Shown here in pieces: positions 13,884-28,300 of a stretch of 64,000 bases of DNA; position 1 is the stretch's first letter; every line of letters begins with the position of its first letter. Below the pieces are notes generated by a model, which saw only the letters and a program-made list of their open reading frames with translations, was not told the DNA's origin and searched no databases. The position numbers and the translations under genes were made by a program. Source of the DNA: Phoronis australis (taxonomy: Eukaryota > Animalia > Phoronida); NCBI GenBank assembly GCA_002633005.1, contig NMRA01000329.1, positions 147,219 to 211,218 of the forward strand. The letters run 5' to 3'.

Positions 13884-16800
13884 CTAATGGTTTGTTGACA
13901 GCTTGTTTTGGGTATATTTATTGAGTTTTGTGTTTGATATGGTCGGCTGAAGTGAAGCACTAGTGGAATTTCTGGTGGGGAGTGTCATACCTTGTAGTAT
14001 TATATATAGTATATTGGGGACAATCAGAAGCTGAGGACGCCTGTTTGTCCAATATAGAATCCCAGTCAGTGGAGGTGATATCTTGACGTACTTTATCGGT
14101 GTCGATTTGATCATATTTCCAAATGGTTCGAGTGGTGTGTTGCTCTTTAACCAGTTAGGAGTTAGAATGGTTTCGATTGTGTGTTGATCAGAATTGCTCA
14201 TAGGAGGTATTAGAGAACATGACTAAATTATACTCAAATTGTTTGTTACTCAATACATGAGTGAAAAACGTCGGTGATGCAGGTTGGCTCATTAATGAGC
14301 TGCATGGAGTCATAAGACAATAAGATATCAAACAATTGTAGTCCGGCCGTATTGTCATGATCATCATTGTACAATGTAGAGTCTCGGGCATTAAAATCAC
14401 CATTTATGATTATACTAACGCTACTGCGGTTATGTCCTGCTAACTGATCGGCTAGGGCTTGGAAGTAGAGTTTTCTTTCAGTTGTTGACTGAGAAGGTGA
14501 TCGATGAAATAACTCATAGTAAATTTTTCTGTTATCGAAATAAATTTCGATCCAGCAGTTGCATAACTGATGACAAGTTAGGACATAATTTAAATGTGAG
14601 TGTGTTTTTGGTGAATAAGATGATGCCACGGCCACTGTTACTGTGATAGGCTACACTGTAACCAGGAATGATTAGTTCATTATCAAGGTCGTCTTTGGTA
14701 ACATTAAAAGTTTCACAAAAAGCGACAATCATATAATCATTAGATAAACAAAGTTTTTTAAAAATTGGAATCTCTAGAACTTGCTAGATTTGATGCTATT
14801 AATATTTGAAAATAAGATTTTAAAGGTAGTATCAACATGCCAATAACGATTCCGTAATCCATACAGGTGTTATGTAAACAATAGTGAGACACACCAGTAA
14901 CCTGAACCTGCATAGCATGATATCTCAATCGATGCCCGTGAGAAGAATTGATTTGTGACCATACGGGGGAAACATTGTAAGACCAGGGGAACTCACTCTA
15001 CTCGAAGCACCCAAAGGATAGCTGTATTTAACAATTAATACACCAATGCTTATTGACGATTCAGGGGTGGTTAAATGAATACGGTAGTCTGGGCAATTAG
15101 GGGAGTCATTTTAAACAACAAAATTATATCATAAGTTCGCTTACAGGTATATAAATAGCAACTTAGTTCGATAACACAACATATAAATTTAATCTTGGGA
15201 AACGAGTTTGTTCTGTTGTAAGTGAATACAAAACACATATTTATTTCAAGACGTAATAAGGTAAGTCAGGCGATAATTATTGACCTAAACATGTATCTGC
15301 AGAGGAAATATGGCTAATTAATTAGGGACAAAAGAAGGTGAAAAAATAAGGGTTTCAACGCTCAATTACGCTGAAGAAAACAAAAATGAAATATTTAAGA
15401 TCTCTCATTATGTATAACTTAGTTGTAACACGTTTTAGATGTGGTATGAGGCAATAAGTGCTTAACACTATAGGCCACTCAGTAGTGATTGATCAGATCA
15501 TGTGTTCAGTGTTGTCTACTGAATTAAAGTTAACTTTCTCAAGGATTGGAGCACCAGTTTTCACAGGAATTATTTTAAATTGAAACTTATTATAAACTAA
15601 AGTATTGTGATAGACAGTGCGCAACGTGATTTTTTCACTGGCAAGATACAACAGTAAGAACCCATGTAATGTCAAGGGCAGCCATTCTGAAACCCACAAA
15701 AAACACATGCAGTTGCAGATTCTGCATTTGAGTGACAGAGAGCAGAGCGAGTGTCTAGAAATTGAAATCAAAAACAAACTATGTGGGAGGTGTCAATAAC
15801 ACAAACGGAAATGCTACACAAAATCAAAATGACTTGTGAATTTATCCTGACCGAAAATTTGGTATGCAGTTGTCCTCAAAATCAACGTTCTGCGAAACAT
15901 AACAGTTAAAAATAATAACTGTATAAGATACAGCCACTAAGGCCGGTGCTCAAATATAAAATTCACTGTCATATGTGATCATATCTTGCAATGTACTATT
16001 CTCTCACACATTCAAAATAAAACGTGGGAAACATGTTTTCACAGCAAACAAAAATACCCCATTCATACAGTCTGTAGGCAGTTGCAAAGAAACCATCCTA
16101 CAGTGTACATTTTTGTTGAGGGTGCAACCGCCAATAAGGAATAAAATTTACGTCCTCAAACGTGAATATTTTAGATACAGATTAAGAATTTCTTGCATTA
16201 CCATTACCTGTGGTCAGTGATCCTGTGGACCTGGATAGAGCACACCACCACTGATAGAGAGGTAACTTGAGCGAGAACTGATATTACGTCAGGGAGAAAA
16301 CTGAATAAGTTCCAATGGACAGGACAATTAGTTGATCATGCCAAGACATAAGGAAGGGGGTGAGTGTATGCAAACAAAGTGAGGGATATCGCCAGTGAGT
16401 AATTGGGATATAGACTGTGTATAATGGAAGAGAGTAGGCTACAATTTAAACTTCGCAGATTTCTAACACTAGGAGGTCACTTTCTAAAGGAAACCTGCTT
16501 GATCCTGTTATCAAGCAGCTGTATCGTTTCGTTACCATCATGCGTCCACGTTTTAGCGTTGGTTTTGGATTGTACGCGACGGCGACAGCGGGCGTAGAGA
16601 AGGGACAGTTGTTTCGTGAGATTTCCATCGATGTAGATCGGGAATGGTAAATTCAGTTTGCGTAGTTGACTTCTGCTGTAAAGGAAAACAGCTCTGGTAG
16701 TGTTTGACACAAATCTACAAATGACAGGACGATCTTTTCGCGAATCTCCAGCTCCATGATTACGTACATGTAGTTTGGGCCCTAGTCTGTGAGATCTACT

Positions 16801-17360
16801 GATTTCCTGGGAGTTAATGTCAAAACCCACTTTGCGTCCCAAGTCAATCACAATGTTGTCAGTGGCTCCAGGTTTTTCATTTGCAGGTTCATCGACGCCA
16901 TATATAACTATATTTTTTCGTCGCGAGTATTGCTTTAAGTTGTCTAGATTTACTGACAACTTGTTGACTTGTTCATTCAGCAGCTGTAATTCTTTGTGTT
17001 TCTGGTTAAAGATTGACTCGTAGTAGGCCTTTATATCATCCAGGGCAGTCTGGAACAGTTGATCACGGAGTATTTTAATAACTTGAGGCGAAGTCAACGA
17101 TTTTTCGAGCTTTGCAATTTCCTCATTTGAAACAGATTCACATATATGGGCAGATCCACCTGACGGAAGTCAAAGATCGTTTGAATCAGTTTTTTTTTGC
17201 TCTATCTTTTAAGGATGAGCTATCTTTGCTTTGATGCTTTTTGTTGGTTCGTAAGCTTTCATCATGGGTGAAATATTCGATAACTTAAGACGTAAATATA
17301 GAAAATCAACTGAGAAATCTTCAACTCAATTTCAAATGCACATCTGGCGGGAAACAGGCT
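13884..17360 (-). mobile_element. Degenerate CR1/L2-clade LINE: ORF1 plus APE endonuclease part of ORF2; RT missing
   Basis: ORF1 16477-17097 has a coiled coil plus LKQYSRRKNIVIYGV...ISRSHRLG...RPVICRF...IYID. Frameshifted endonuclease motifs at 14190-14760: IVAFCETF, IPGYS, GRGI, IIINGDFNA, QLINEPT. Confidence 0.88.
16477..17097 (-). pseudogene. LINE ORF1 (coiled-coil plus RRM-type nucleic-acid chaperone)
   Basis: 206-aa ORF with the EQYSRRxN-like and RxHRLG/RPII motifs typical of invertebrate CR1/L2 ORF1. Confidence 0.85.
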
Positions 17361-19159
17361 ACGTGATCCAAAAACAGTTGAACTGAAACAAAGAAATCCA
17401 TCTCTTTTGGACCACAAAATCTTGCACTTATGGGAAATGCAAAACTCATTTCTGTGATTCATTATTGCAAGAATAAGGGGTAGCTATGGACTCAAAGGGT
17501 AAAGTTCAAAATTCAAGATGGCAGAAGCCGCCATCTTGAATTATAAAGAATGTTCAAAGTTGCAAAAGGTGCAACCAAGTTGATTTTGTTCTCCTAACCA
17601 AATGCAATAAATTTCCCAAAGAAAATTTTACAGTAAACAACATTGCAGGGTTAACTTTTTGGCAACTAGACTACTCGTCATCCCGTTATCAACAGTCTTA
17701 TGTACGCAGACGTGCAACTCCATCAGGATCAAAAATACATCATGTCTTCGTTTTCCGCGGCATCTTCCCAAGCTATATACTCCTCGTTAACTCAATGTTA
17801 TGGCGACTTGGTGATTGAAAGGACTGAAATGTGGGAGATGTACAAGCCAAGCAAGATATTCAATTTGAGCGTCCTGAGATACGAAGTGAACAAATGTCTA
17901 CGCGGTTGAAGGTGGTTCTGACGTGGTGCTGCCGAATCTTTTTTCTCGCTACACGGGATATATTCCGCGTTTGAAGTTCCACGAGAAAGAACATCAGGTG
18001 TCTTGCTTGACATATGCGAAATATCGTAAAAACGGAAATTTTTAATAAGGTTTGAGATGTCCTTAAGGAAATATCTCCCAGTTTGAAAAAACTTATCATG
18101 AACTCTACAACTAATAACTACTTCTACAAGATCACGAATGGTATCAAAGGTGAATAGCCTACACCAACCCAAGAAATTTTCAAAGACTTAATATAAAATC
18201 GTCAACACAAACGATTTTTAAACCACTGTTATCCTGACTTTGTGCAATTTCGTTGCGGCTAATTTTGTCATTTTCCCAGTCCAAATGAAGCCAAGAAACC
18301 TCTCCAATTCTTAATATTATATCCACTGAAGGATTAGGAAGGTATTGAAATAGACGAAGTATCTTAGGCCCAAAATTGTCTTAACCTAAATGAACTATTT
18401 CAGGCGCAAAATTGTCTTAACCACAAATCTAATACAGTAAGGGCTCTTCTTCACCAACAGATCATAATCTTTATTTCTAGAATAGTGACATTTGTATTTA
18501 GTGGAGAAACATATCCCCCTAAACAGGAAGGTCTGTTAGTTCATTAGAGGTTCTCAGTAACACTTTCATAGTAGTCCTTTTTGAACCAACCCAAGCACAT
18601 TCTGTTTTCTCAATATCTGGTTTCAATTCAGCCAATTTTGCAAGTTGTTCAATTAACTTTAAAGACGATCCCAAAAATTACCGTCAAAAATTACAAAAAG
18701 TGTAGGGTCTACTGAACCACTTTTAACTTAAATATACCAAACATGACGCCAGTGATGCCACCATTCCCTCGAATTAGATTTACCTAATGTTTTCACACTC
18801 ACAATAGAAACAGGTAAAAAGAAATGGGGTCACCTTGACGATAGCCTCTCTTAATATAAAAAATCAGAGAAAAATCCGTGCTGGAGAACACAAAGGCTGG
18901 GTTTGTACAGAATTTTCACTGTACTTATGAGCTTTGGGCAGAAATTAAAGTGCGACTGTGCCTTAAATATAAAAGATCAGGAAAAAAGGTCGAACGCTCT
19001 GTCAAATCAATCATTAGGAGCAGTCCAGGGATGGAATTGGAATCCAACAACTGGATTACATCGTATATCATTCTAATGCCTCCCCCCCTCCCCTATATGT
19101 CTACCTTTCACGAAATCTTGCTGGTTCTTGTCCTATGGAAATTGCTCTGTTTGGAGAAT

Positions 19160-19342
19160 CGATTTTGAGCGCTAACAATCATGCATTTAAATCCCCGTAA
19201 TGAATTTCACAGAGTTATTTGCTTGATTAGCTTCACAGAAAGCGTGTACTTCCTCAAACAGTTCACGGAGTGCTTTATTCGTCAGTTAATTCCAAACAGT
19301 CAAAGAAACACCAAGTTGTAAAAGGCTTTTCTATCTGGGAAA
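19160..19342 (+). promoter_or_regulatory. Conserved proximal upstream/5'UTR region shared by the two FN2-sushi paralogs (matches 45000-45237)
   Basis: gagttat...gattagcttcac..aaa.cgtg...ctc..aaa..ttcacgga occurs at the same distance upstream of both ATG exons. Confidence 0.55.
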
Positions 19343-22300
19343 ATGATTTCTAACGGTTTGGTATCGTGTTTGATATCATTGACGCTGGTAATTGTAACTG
19401 GTAAGTGCATGTAATTGCAGTTTGTAGCATCTGACGTTATCTTGAGCGCTGGTTCGGCAGGTCAAAAATGGCCAACTTTAAGAAAAGGTCAGAATTAATC
19501 GGTTTGACAAATTCAAAATAACTCCTATCAACCCCTGCGCCACCGACGACAACACTAAATGTTGAAATATTGTTTGTTTAAAACCTATCTTATATCACGA
19601 CTCAATTTTTGTGAGTCGTTGTAAAATTAAAGAAGAACTCATCACTTTGAAAGTCATATTATCACAACGGCGTCCAATACAAAGTCGCGTTCCAATTGAC
19701 TAACGAGAGAATCTCGTTTAAATCCATCTTGTGTCTACGAAGCTCGACACCATACCTGTATTTCGCCCTGTTTACCTGGCTAAAACCGAAAATCAAAGTA
19801 GATCTTGCATAGAATCGGTCCCTAATGTTCTCCCCAAGACTGAATTCCATTTCCGTTAGCAACAATAACAGCAAAATCACCAGTGACTCAAGAAAAAAAT
19901 CAAATTTAGCTTTCGATGCATAGCTGACCCGTGGCCCGCCCCCACCTACTCCTGCTGACGGACAGGACCGAAAATCGCCTGGCATTGTATTGTGAGGGTT
20001 TACTTTTTGGCTGACACGTTACCAATTAAGGCAAGTCGAATTCACATACAGCTGAAATTGTAGTATTCTGACGTATATTCCCTTCCGTAGTTTTAGCTGA
20101 TCGTGAGATCTACGTGTAGGCCTACCTCATGCTTTTATATCCAATAAGCACTTTCCCCAGTTCGTCCTGCGTAAATAGATGGATTGCGCACTGTAATTAA
20201 TCCAATTAACTCATCGAAAAACCCTGTTTCTGCTTTCGTTAGCAACGAATGATTGTGGGCCACGATTACGGATGATCGTAGTGCAACAAAAGTAGTGTTT
20301 TAAATATTAGCGCTTTTTGATTGGTTGGAATTATTAGCTTGATTGACATGCCAAAATCATCCATAGCAGTTGAGACATCAAATTTTAAAGAAATCTAAAC
20401 CTCTAATTTATGAGGTCAGAGATGTTGTTCATTGACTGAATATTTTGCCCTCAGTTTTGACTTATCACGACATCAGCCTCGAGAAGACTACTCGAAACTG
20501 ATTCATTTGTTTTACAGCATCGTGTCAATCTTTTAGCACCTATTCCCATTCATATAATTAAGGTAATAATCATTTGCAATTGCCTTTCCAAAAATCATTA
20601 TTAACTAATGTTTTGTGGTAAATCCCTAAACGGAACACATGAGTCAGCACTCAACAGGCAAGAAAATTCTTATAAATCACCATTTCTATATGTCAATTTT
20701 ATTCCAAGTGGCACAAGTTAAATTGTTAAACGCTGAACAGGAAATTGTTTTGAGACGACTTGGGTCAATGAAAATAGACTTTTTACAAAATCATCAATAT
20801 TGAGTTAATTAAGTAGCAATTTCTGAGAGCACCTAAGGGTGGCTCAACAGATTTTCGTGAAAGCTTATGTGGACTTGGTCTATCCCCAGACACATGTATG
20901 TTGTAGTTCATATTTGGTTTGTCTGACACAAGCCTGTTTTCGTTTTTATACTGTTCTAGCAAAAACGGCTTTTTCGACACTTGTTAACTTTACAAGACTC
21001 CCGAACCATCTTGAATGTTATGAATATCTATGACTTTTTCTTTGACCCGTTTCCCGCCAGATGTACGTTTGAAATTGTGCTGAAGATTTCTCAGTTAATC
21101 ATCTGTAAATTTGTGTCATACAATACCAGAGCTGCTTTCCTTAACAACAGAAGTCAACTACGCAAACTGAACTTAGCAACCCGATCTACATCAATGAAAA
21201 CAACAATCCCTTCTCTACGCCCGCGTTCATATCCAGTATCTTACTGGCGATATCCCTCACTTTGTTTGCGTTCACTCACGCCACCCCCATGATCAGCTAA
21301 TTGTTCTGTCCACTGATACTCACTCAGTTTTCGCCCTTACTGTATGTAATACCAGATCACGCTCAAGTTACCTCTCTATCATTGGTGGTGCACTCTGTCC
21401 AGGTCCGCATCGATCACAACTCCTTATACTGACCACAAGCAACGGTAATGCATGAAATTCTTAATCTGCATCTAAATCGTTCATGTTTTGAACATGACTT
21501 TTATTGCGTATTGCCTCTTAAAGTTTCCCGGTTGCACCCTTACCAAAAATGTAATAAAGTATCTTTGCAACTGCCTACAGAGTGTATTATTGGGGACAAA
21601 TAAAACAACAAGAATAATATATATTTTAAGTTGTATTGGGAATTTCCGGTTCACGGCTCTACAAATAAACATTTCAGAGAAGGAACCAGATAGGTTCCTT
21701 AATTGCAAGAGATGACACACACATTTACGATACCCAATGTGTAATTGAGTATAGTATAATTGACCAATCAGAGAGCCAGATTGTATTGTTGTGCTTAGTT
21801 TCTTCAATATGGCTGCTACCATGGAGTGTGATGCCTGTATAATTCAAGGTTTATCAAACAGCACCCAGTTGTGATGCCAGAACCCACAGAATCTTAGAGA
21901 AGCATCCTGATGAAAGAGAATGGACTGTGGAACTCTGTAGATCAGTAGATCAAAAAGAAGATGAGGTGTCACAAACATTTGTGCAGAAAACAGTTGCATG
22001 TCCTGCTATAACCTTTTCAGTGTACTGTTGTAAAAGACCAAGTACAAGTGTCAGACCAAAAATTGAAGGGACATAGGAAGACATAGCAACGTTTCAACAC
22101 ACCATCAGTAGTACTAAAGCTGAAGCTGCTGAAAGTGATACAGATGTTACCCAAAATTTCCCAATAAAATCAATTAGACTTCCAAAATCTGCAACACACA
22201 ATTCACCTGAACAAGAGAGGAACATTCTGAAACATAAGTGCATGATTTGTTAGCAGGAAAAGTATATTATGGACCACATTTCAAGAAATTGAAAGAAGTA

Positions 22301-25300
22301 ACAACTTTATAGCTTTGATAAACAGGTACGTGTTTTTGAAAGGTACATCTTGTTGTTTTCCATGTGTGTTTCCGTATTATCACCAGTTGTTTTTTAACTT
22401 GTTCAGCCCCTTGGCTGCCTAGGCCTTAGGCGATAACGCTGACCAGTAGAGACGGTGATCATACCATAGGTACATGTACTCCATATGCCGGATGCTTTTC
22501 GGCAAATTATGCATCACACTGGTTAAACCCTAAGTCATGTTGCTATAAATTTAATGCCTCTGAGAAGGTCGTTAATGTTTCCATTTGTTCCCAGTTTTAA
22601 CAAATACTCCTGAAATCCTGTTTTTCGAGCACCCCCTTGTTCAGTTGCCACATCGACGCCGCTTGCACCAGGAGATCATCATATGGCTTGATACTGTGGG
22701 TGTGATTTTAAGCACTTTAAGACAAAAATTTTTCAGAATGTTAAATGGAGTAGATGGTTGCAATCAACATGCCCAAGTGGCCGTCAACCCCTGCCGTAAT
22801 CCTGGGATAGAGGGAACCTCTTCTCAATTTTTTGTAAACATTAATTACTTAGGTAGCTGCAATGGTAATTTAATTAAAGTGCTTAAGTGGCCAGCGTCCC
22901 TGTCGTAAATTGAGGACAGTGGAAGCTTCTGTCCATTTCGTCAAATGTTGGTTACCTTAAGTATAAATTGATTGACTATGGTGTGAGCATCTGATTTAAA
23001 AAAAAATTAAATTTCAATCACTGCACTGGTGTACCAGCTAATTTGTTTTCAGTTGCATCAACTAATGTAATTATGAGACGATCAACATTTTTAGGTGACA
23101 GATCAGACGGCATATAAATTTGTTAGGCTGGTGGTGGATTAGTTCCTGATAAGTACGTCTAAAAAATTTGCATGCCAACTCACTCATTGTTAAATAAATG
23201 TTAAATTAGCGTTAAAAGTTCAGTGTTATTTTTGTTGGACTTGTACATTAAGAAACAGCTCAGTCCAGAGCCCTGAATATGCAAATGAAATTCAAAGATA
23301 AAGACCTTGTGTCTTAGAAGTCAAGTACCACAGATCATCATGCTATAAAAAATAGAAAGACAAAGATTGTGAAGAGTGACGAATCCACAGTTTTTAGAGA
23401 GGTTCTTCTACAGTTTTGTTTGGAGTTCATTGAATCAAAGCTCCTAACACATAGAGATGTCATTTGCCTTTCGAAACTAAAGCAAGACTGTGTAGCTGTT
23501 CTTCAGAAAGCAGGTGCGCACCTGCAGTGATAAAAATCAGTAAAATAGTCGGATGTGACGTCAACTACCCTGAATAAATGCCGACTACGCCCAGTACAGT
23601 ACAGTGCATGCGCGGCCTGCAAGCAGATAGTTCAGGAAGTAGCACACTTACCAGAATTAGAGCCGTTTGACATCACGTTGACATATACAGGACACGCAGC
23701 TTCAAGAAGTACGTCCTTTCATATGAGGTATACACCCAAGAGAGCGTTCAAAACCGTACCCAGAGTCATGTGAACAATATTCAAGTTCACCATGCAGAGT
23801 CGAACATAAGCAGCACCTGATGACACCACACATTGAGATGCCACGTTGACAACAGTTAAAGAATTATATCTGGGACTTTTTAGTGGCTTAAAACCAGCTT
23901 TGGAGAAATATTTCATGTATTTTTCGTACCATATTTAAATATGAGTATAGCCAAGTCTAGAGTTAAATCTGGTTTAATATCTTAATGCAGGTCTAAAGAA
24001 TATAGACCAAGTTGGTGAAATGAAAACTGACTTAGACCAGGTCTAAACTGGAGTCAAACCAGGTTTTACTAGACCACTGGTCTAAAAGTTAAACCACCTT
24101 TATTAAATGCATAATATCTTTAAACCTGGTCCAAGTTCAGATTAAACCTGGTTTAACTTTAAGCCACTTTTATGAAATTGGCTGCAATAGTTTCTTTGTA
24201 GGGTGGCCAGGGTACTTTAAACCTGATTTAGTAAACCCGTTCCCTGGTCTAACAAAACCAGGCTTACAGAATTTTAAACAACTGTGGTGAATGCAAGCTA
24301 TGTCAAAAATTAGTCCAGGCTTAGGAAGACCAGGTTAACGTCTTATACTTGCATAATATGGGTGCAATTAAATGATGCCGCGGTGTTCATTTACGACGTA
24401 GTTTTAGATCGAGAATGGACTATTTTCTTAACGACTTGCAATATGTTTTAGGCATGAGGTAAGACTGTCCAGAGTCATCGAGGGTTCAGAAAATGTAATA
24501 CATTTTCATCGGTTTAAAATGAATAGCTAAAACAGACAAAAATTCGTGATGTGTGCTGTACAACAGAAAGCAAATAATAAAAATACGAAATTATCTCCAT
24601 TCACGTTAACGTACTCTCCCCATAATAGTTAAGCGGGGCCATTGTCAGCTTCTTGTGGAAGTATTTTCGTTACAATGGTAGCCTGGTCACAATTCGCTAT
24701 TTCAGATCACGTTCTTTCGTCACGTTCTGTTTTAACCAGCAGACTTGAGCCAGAGCAGATTCACGTGTGGGTAGGTCTTCTGGGAAAGTCATTCAGCGAC
24801 CTAATATGATTTCGAATTGCTTAAAAAGCGCAAAGGTACATCTATTGCTATAGGTCGTGGGTCGAGGGGGTTCAGTGTGGGTTGTGGATGTAGTGGGTCG
24901 AGGGGGTTTTAGAACAATCCAAATAATACCGCTTTGATGTACGAAAAGACTCCTAATCCTTCGTCAACTTCACAGACATCACAACAAACATTAAAGTGTA
25001 CACAACATGACTCTAGTACCTCAAAATAAATTTTATTATTATATCTTACTTGATTTCAGTGCCTTTAGTGCACAGCTCATAAAGTAACACGCAAAAATTG
25101 AAAAAAATAATAATTATGTATAACGTCATGGGTTGAACCCAGGTCGTTCACCATACCGTTCGGATCAGAGANGAGAGTCATCGAGGGTTCAGAAAATGTA
25201 ATACATTTTCATCGGTTTAAAATGAATACCTAAAACAGACAAAAATTCGTGATGTGTGCTGTACAACAGAAAGCAAATAATAAAAATACGAAATTATCTC

Positions 25301-28300
25301 CATTCACGTTAACGTACTCTCCCCATAATAGTTAAGCGGGGCCATTGTCAGCTTCTCGTGGAAGTATTTTCGTTACAATGGTAGCCTGGTCACAATTCGC
25401 TATTTCAGATCACGTTCTTTCGCCACGTTCTGTTTTAACCAGCAGACTTGAGCCAGAGCAGTTGCACGTGTGGGTAGGTCTTCTGGGAAAGTCATTCAGC
25501 GACCTAATATGATTTCGAATTGCTTAAAAAGCGCAAAGGTACATCTATTGCTATAGGTCGTGGGTCGAGGGGGTTCAGTGTGGGTTGTGGATGTAGTGGG
25601 TCGAGGGGTTTTTAGAACAATCCAAATAATACCGCTTTGATGTACGAAAAGACTCCTAATCCTTCGTCAACTTCACAGACATCACAACAAACATTAAGAG
25701 ATTAATCAGAATACCGCAATGCCGACATTGGCCACTGTAGTGAGGCTACCCCAGGTAACAAGCATCTCAGTATTGTAAATAATTGGAAGTCGGGCCAAAT
25801 TATCGTTAAAAAAAGAATCACAAGCCACCACTAGTACACGCGCGCTCTCTATAGCTAATGTAAAGTCGTCGAATAGCCTCATTGTTCACAATGACTGTAC
25901 AATCAGGCTCACAATTCGCCATTAATAATTGGTTTTCATGGATTGCAGCAGATGGCGCTTTTAAAAAGAAACAAAGAAACCTAACGCTCGCAGGATTTGT
26001 GGTCGACAAAGCGTGCACTGTTTACCCCAAGGTATCCTGCGAATTCCTCGGCACATCACAGGCTAGATGGCGCCGTGACCTCTTGAAGTGAGCTAGTCGC
26101 TACATGTATCTGTGGGGTTCCCTGAAAGTCTTGGATAAAATAATTGCGGTTGTACACTGTAAACCAACACGCCTGTTTAGCGTGCGAGCGTCAAAGTCAA
26201 TAAAACGAACAATGAATAAAACAAACGACCAACATGCGTGTTTCTAAAACTAAAATCTAAATAGTAGCCTACTTTGGATTTTTGCAATCTGTGATCGAGT
26301 TATAAGAGAAATTAGCGAAATTTTTTTTCAACATCGCTCCACTAGCTAAGCCATGATTGTTCATTTTTAATTGAGTAGGTCGGATTAGTCACAGTCTAAC
26401 TTCAGCTGGCTTAGACATTGAGTTAACAAATCTCAAATGTTGGCGTAGGAGTTGTCTCATGAAGGTGATCAAAGTCTGTGTGGTCACTGAATCCCATCCT
26501 TCACACAGGATGTAGAGAGTGTAATGACCTGTAAAACTTTGTGATTGGTCTATAATGAACGCGCTCTTAAATAGTGATTTAAGTCCATTGTTCTGTGCTA
26601 CAAGAACGATATGTTTTACCAGTGCTTCTTGTCTCTGAAATGACTTCAGACAGTTATATGCAATGCTAAACTGGTGACATTTTTGTATCAGATGGCAGCG
26701 TCCAAACGTTCGGTGGAAATAGCGGTGGGGCTCCATGTGCGTTCCCATTTGTCTACAGGGAACGGACGTACTTCCGGTGTACTAGTTTCAACCATAACAA
26801 GCCGTGGTGTGCTACTACTTCTGATTACTCGAGAGACAGGAAATGGGGTAACTGCGCAGGTAATACAGTAAGAATAATTTTGAAATCCTTTGTGCATAAA
26901 ATTACGTAATTTAGATATGTTGGTCCTTGGTTCTGGGCTATTGCATGGCTAAGGGGTTCTCACGATGCAAAGAAAGTTACAAAATTTATTGCGTTCCTCA
27001 AAGAAAGACATTTCGATTAACACAAATTACCATTACAAAACAAGTCACAACTAGCCCCATACTCAGAAGAGAAGTGGTTTTAAGCTTAGACACATGTCTG
27101 CCACTCGCATGACCTGCCACGTTACTCGCTTTCGTTGACCCTTCCCCCACAAATTCCTACCAAGCATACGGAAGGCTAGTCTTGGCACAAAGCTGTATAC
27201 TAAATATACAGTTTTGCGCTGATGTGGGTAACAAAATGACCAGATAAAATCTGACACAAAATTAATGACACTAATTTTGTGTCAGGTTTAATCTTACCAC
27301 TCTTTTACCCACATACAGTAGGCGAAAAGCTGTATATTTAGTGCACAGCTTTGTACCAAGGCTAAGTGGTACCTAGCTGTATTTTGACGATAGCTATCAT
27401 ACAGCTAGCTGGCTGGCAGAAAGGAAGGCCATCAAAGGCTGTTTTGTTTGCGTTACCTGCACCCGTGAACTATCGCTAATATCCCGGTAAATTCTATGTT
27501 ATAATGCTTGCACAAAGTAGAATATTATATAAAGTACGGTATACAACAACTTGAGATCGCTGAAAGGTTGCTTGCTGATCAAAATGTCACTCTCTGTCTC
27601 CGACGCATTGATGCGACTCAACTGAATAAAATTCATTACCGGGTTTATAATACTTGGATCATACAGATACCCTGGAGAATAAGAAAATAATGGCCAGCTA
27701 GAGAACACCAGTTACCGTTACATTTTACACACATGACGGTAAACATCAGAAGCTTGTGAATCAAGTCGTGTTCGAAGAATACCAGCGCCACTAATACATG
27801 TACGCGATCTTCAAGGACCAAAATGGTGTTATTTTGTAGGTAAAAACATCAACTTGGATTGTTGACCACTTGAATTGATATTTTTTAAACACATTTGAAT
27901 GCATGGGTGTTTAAATGCGTCAAAACAGTTGCCTCTTCCTAGTACTGTCTTAGTGGTGTAATTCATTTTAATCCAGGAATCCAATATTATGAGGGCGTAT
28001 ATGACCTTTTTAAACTGTATTCAACCATCTAAAGCACCAAAACCATTGAATCTGACTTGGATAAAACTGCAAAACTTATGATGTCAACAGTCATTTCAGT
28101 AATGTTCTTATAAAAAACATATCTTAAGATTTGTTTTTTTATGAATTTTACCGTCAAATCGTCGTTTGCTTAAACGAACACTGTTGTTCACAAGCATGAA
28201 AATGCATCGTTATCGATGATTGTGTTATGGATTTCATAATTGCAGATTTGACATGCACAGTTCCAACACCAAACTTCTGCACCAGAAATACTAAGAAAAC

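Noticed and set aside
24471-25699. Apparent recent tandem duplication
   Set aside because: It starts at a single-N join and differs by ~1%, so allelic contig overlap is the simpler explanation.
25710-25754. Possible 45-bp phase-1 mini-exon (YRNADIGHCSEATP) in paralog A
   Set aside because: Weak acceptor, adjacent to the assembly duplication, and no counterpart seen in paralog B.
26674-26871. ORF-track peptide MTFLYQMAASKRSV... (and its counterpart 53399-53593)
   Set aside because: Wrong frame; the FN2 domain is encoded in another frame between splice sites.
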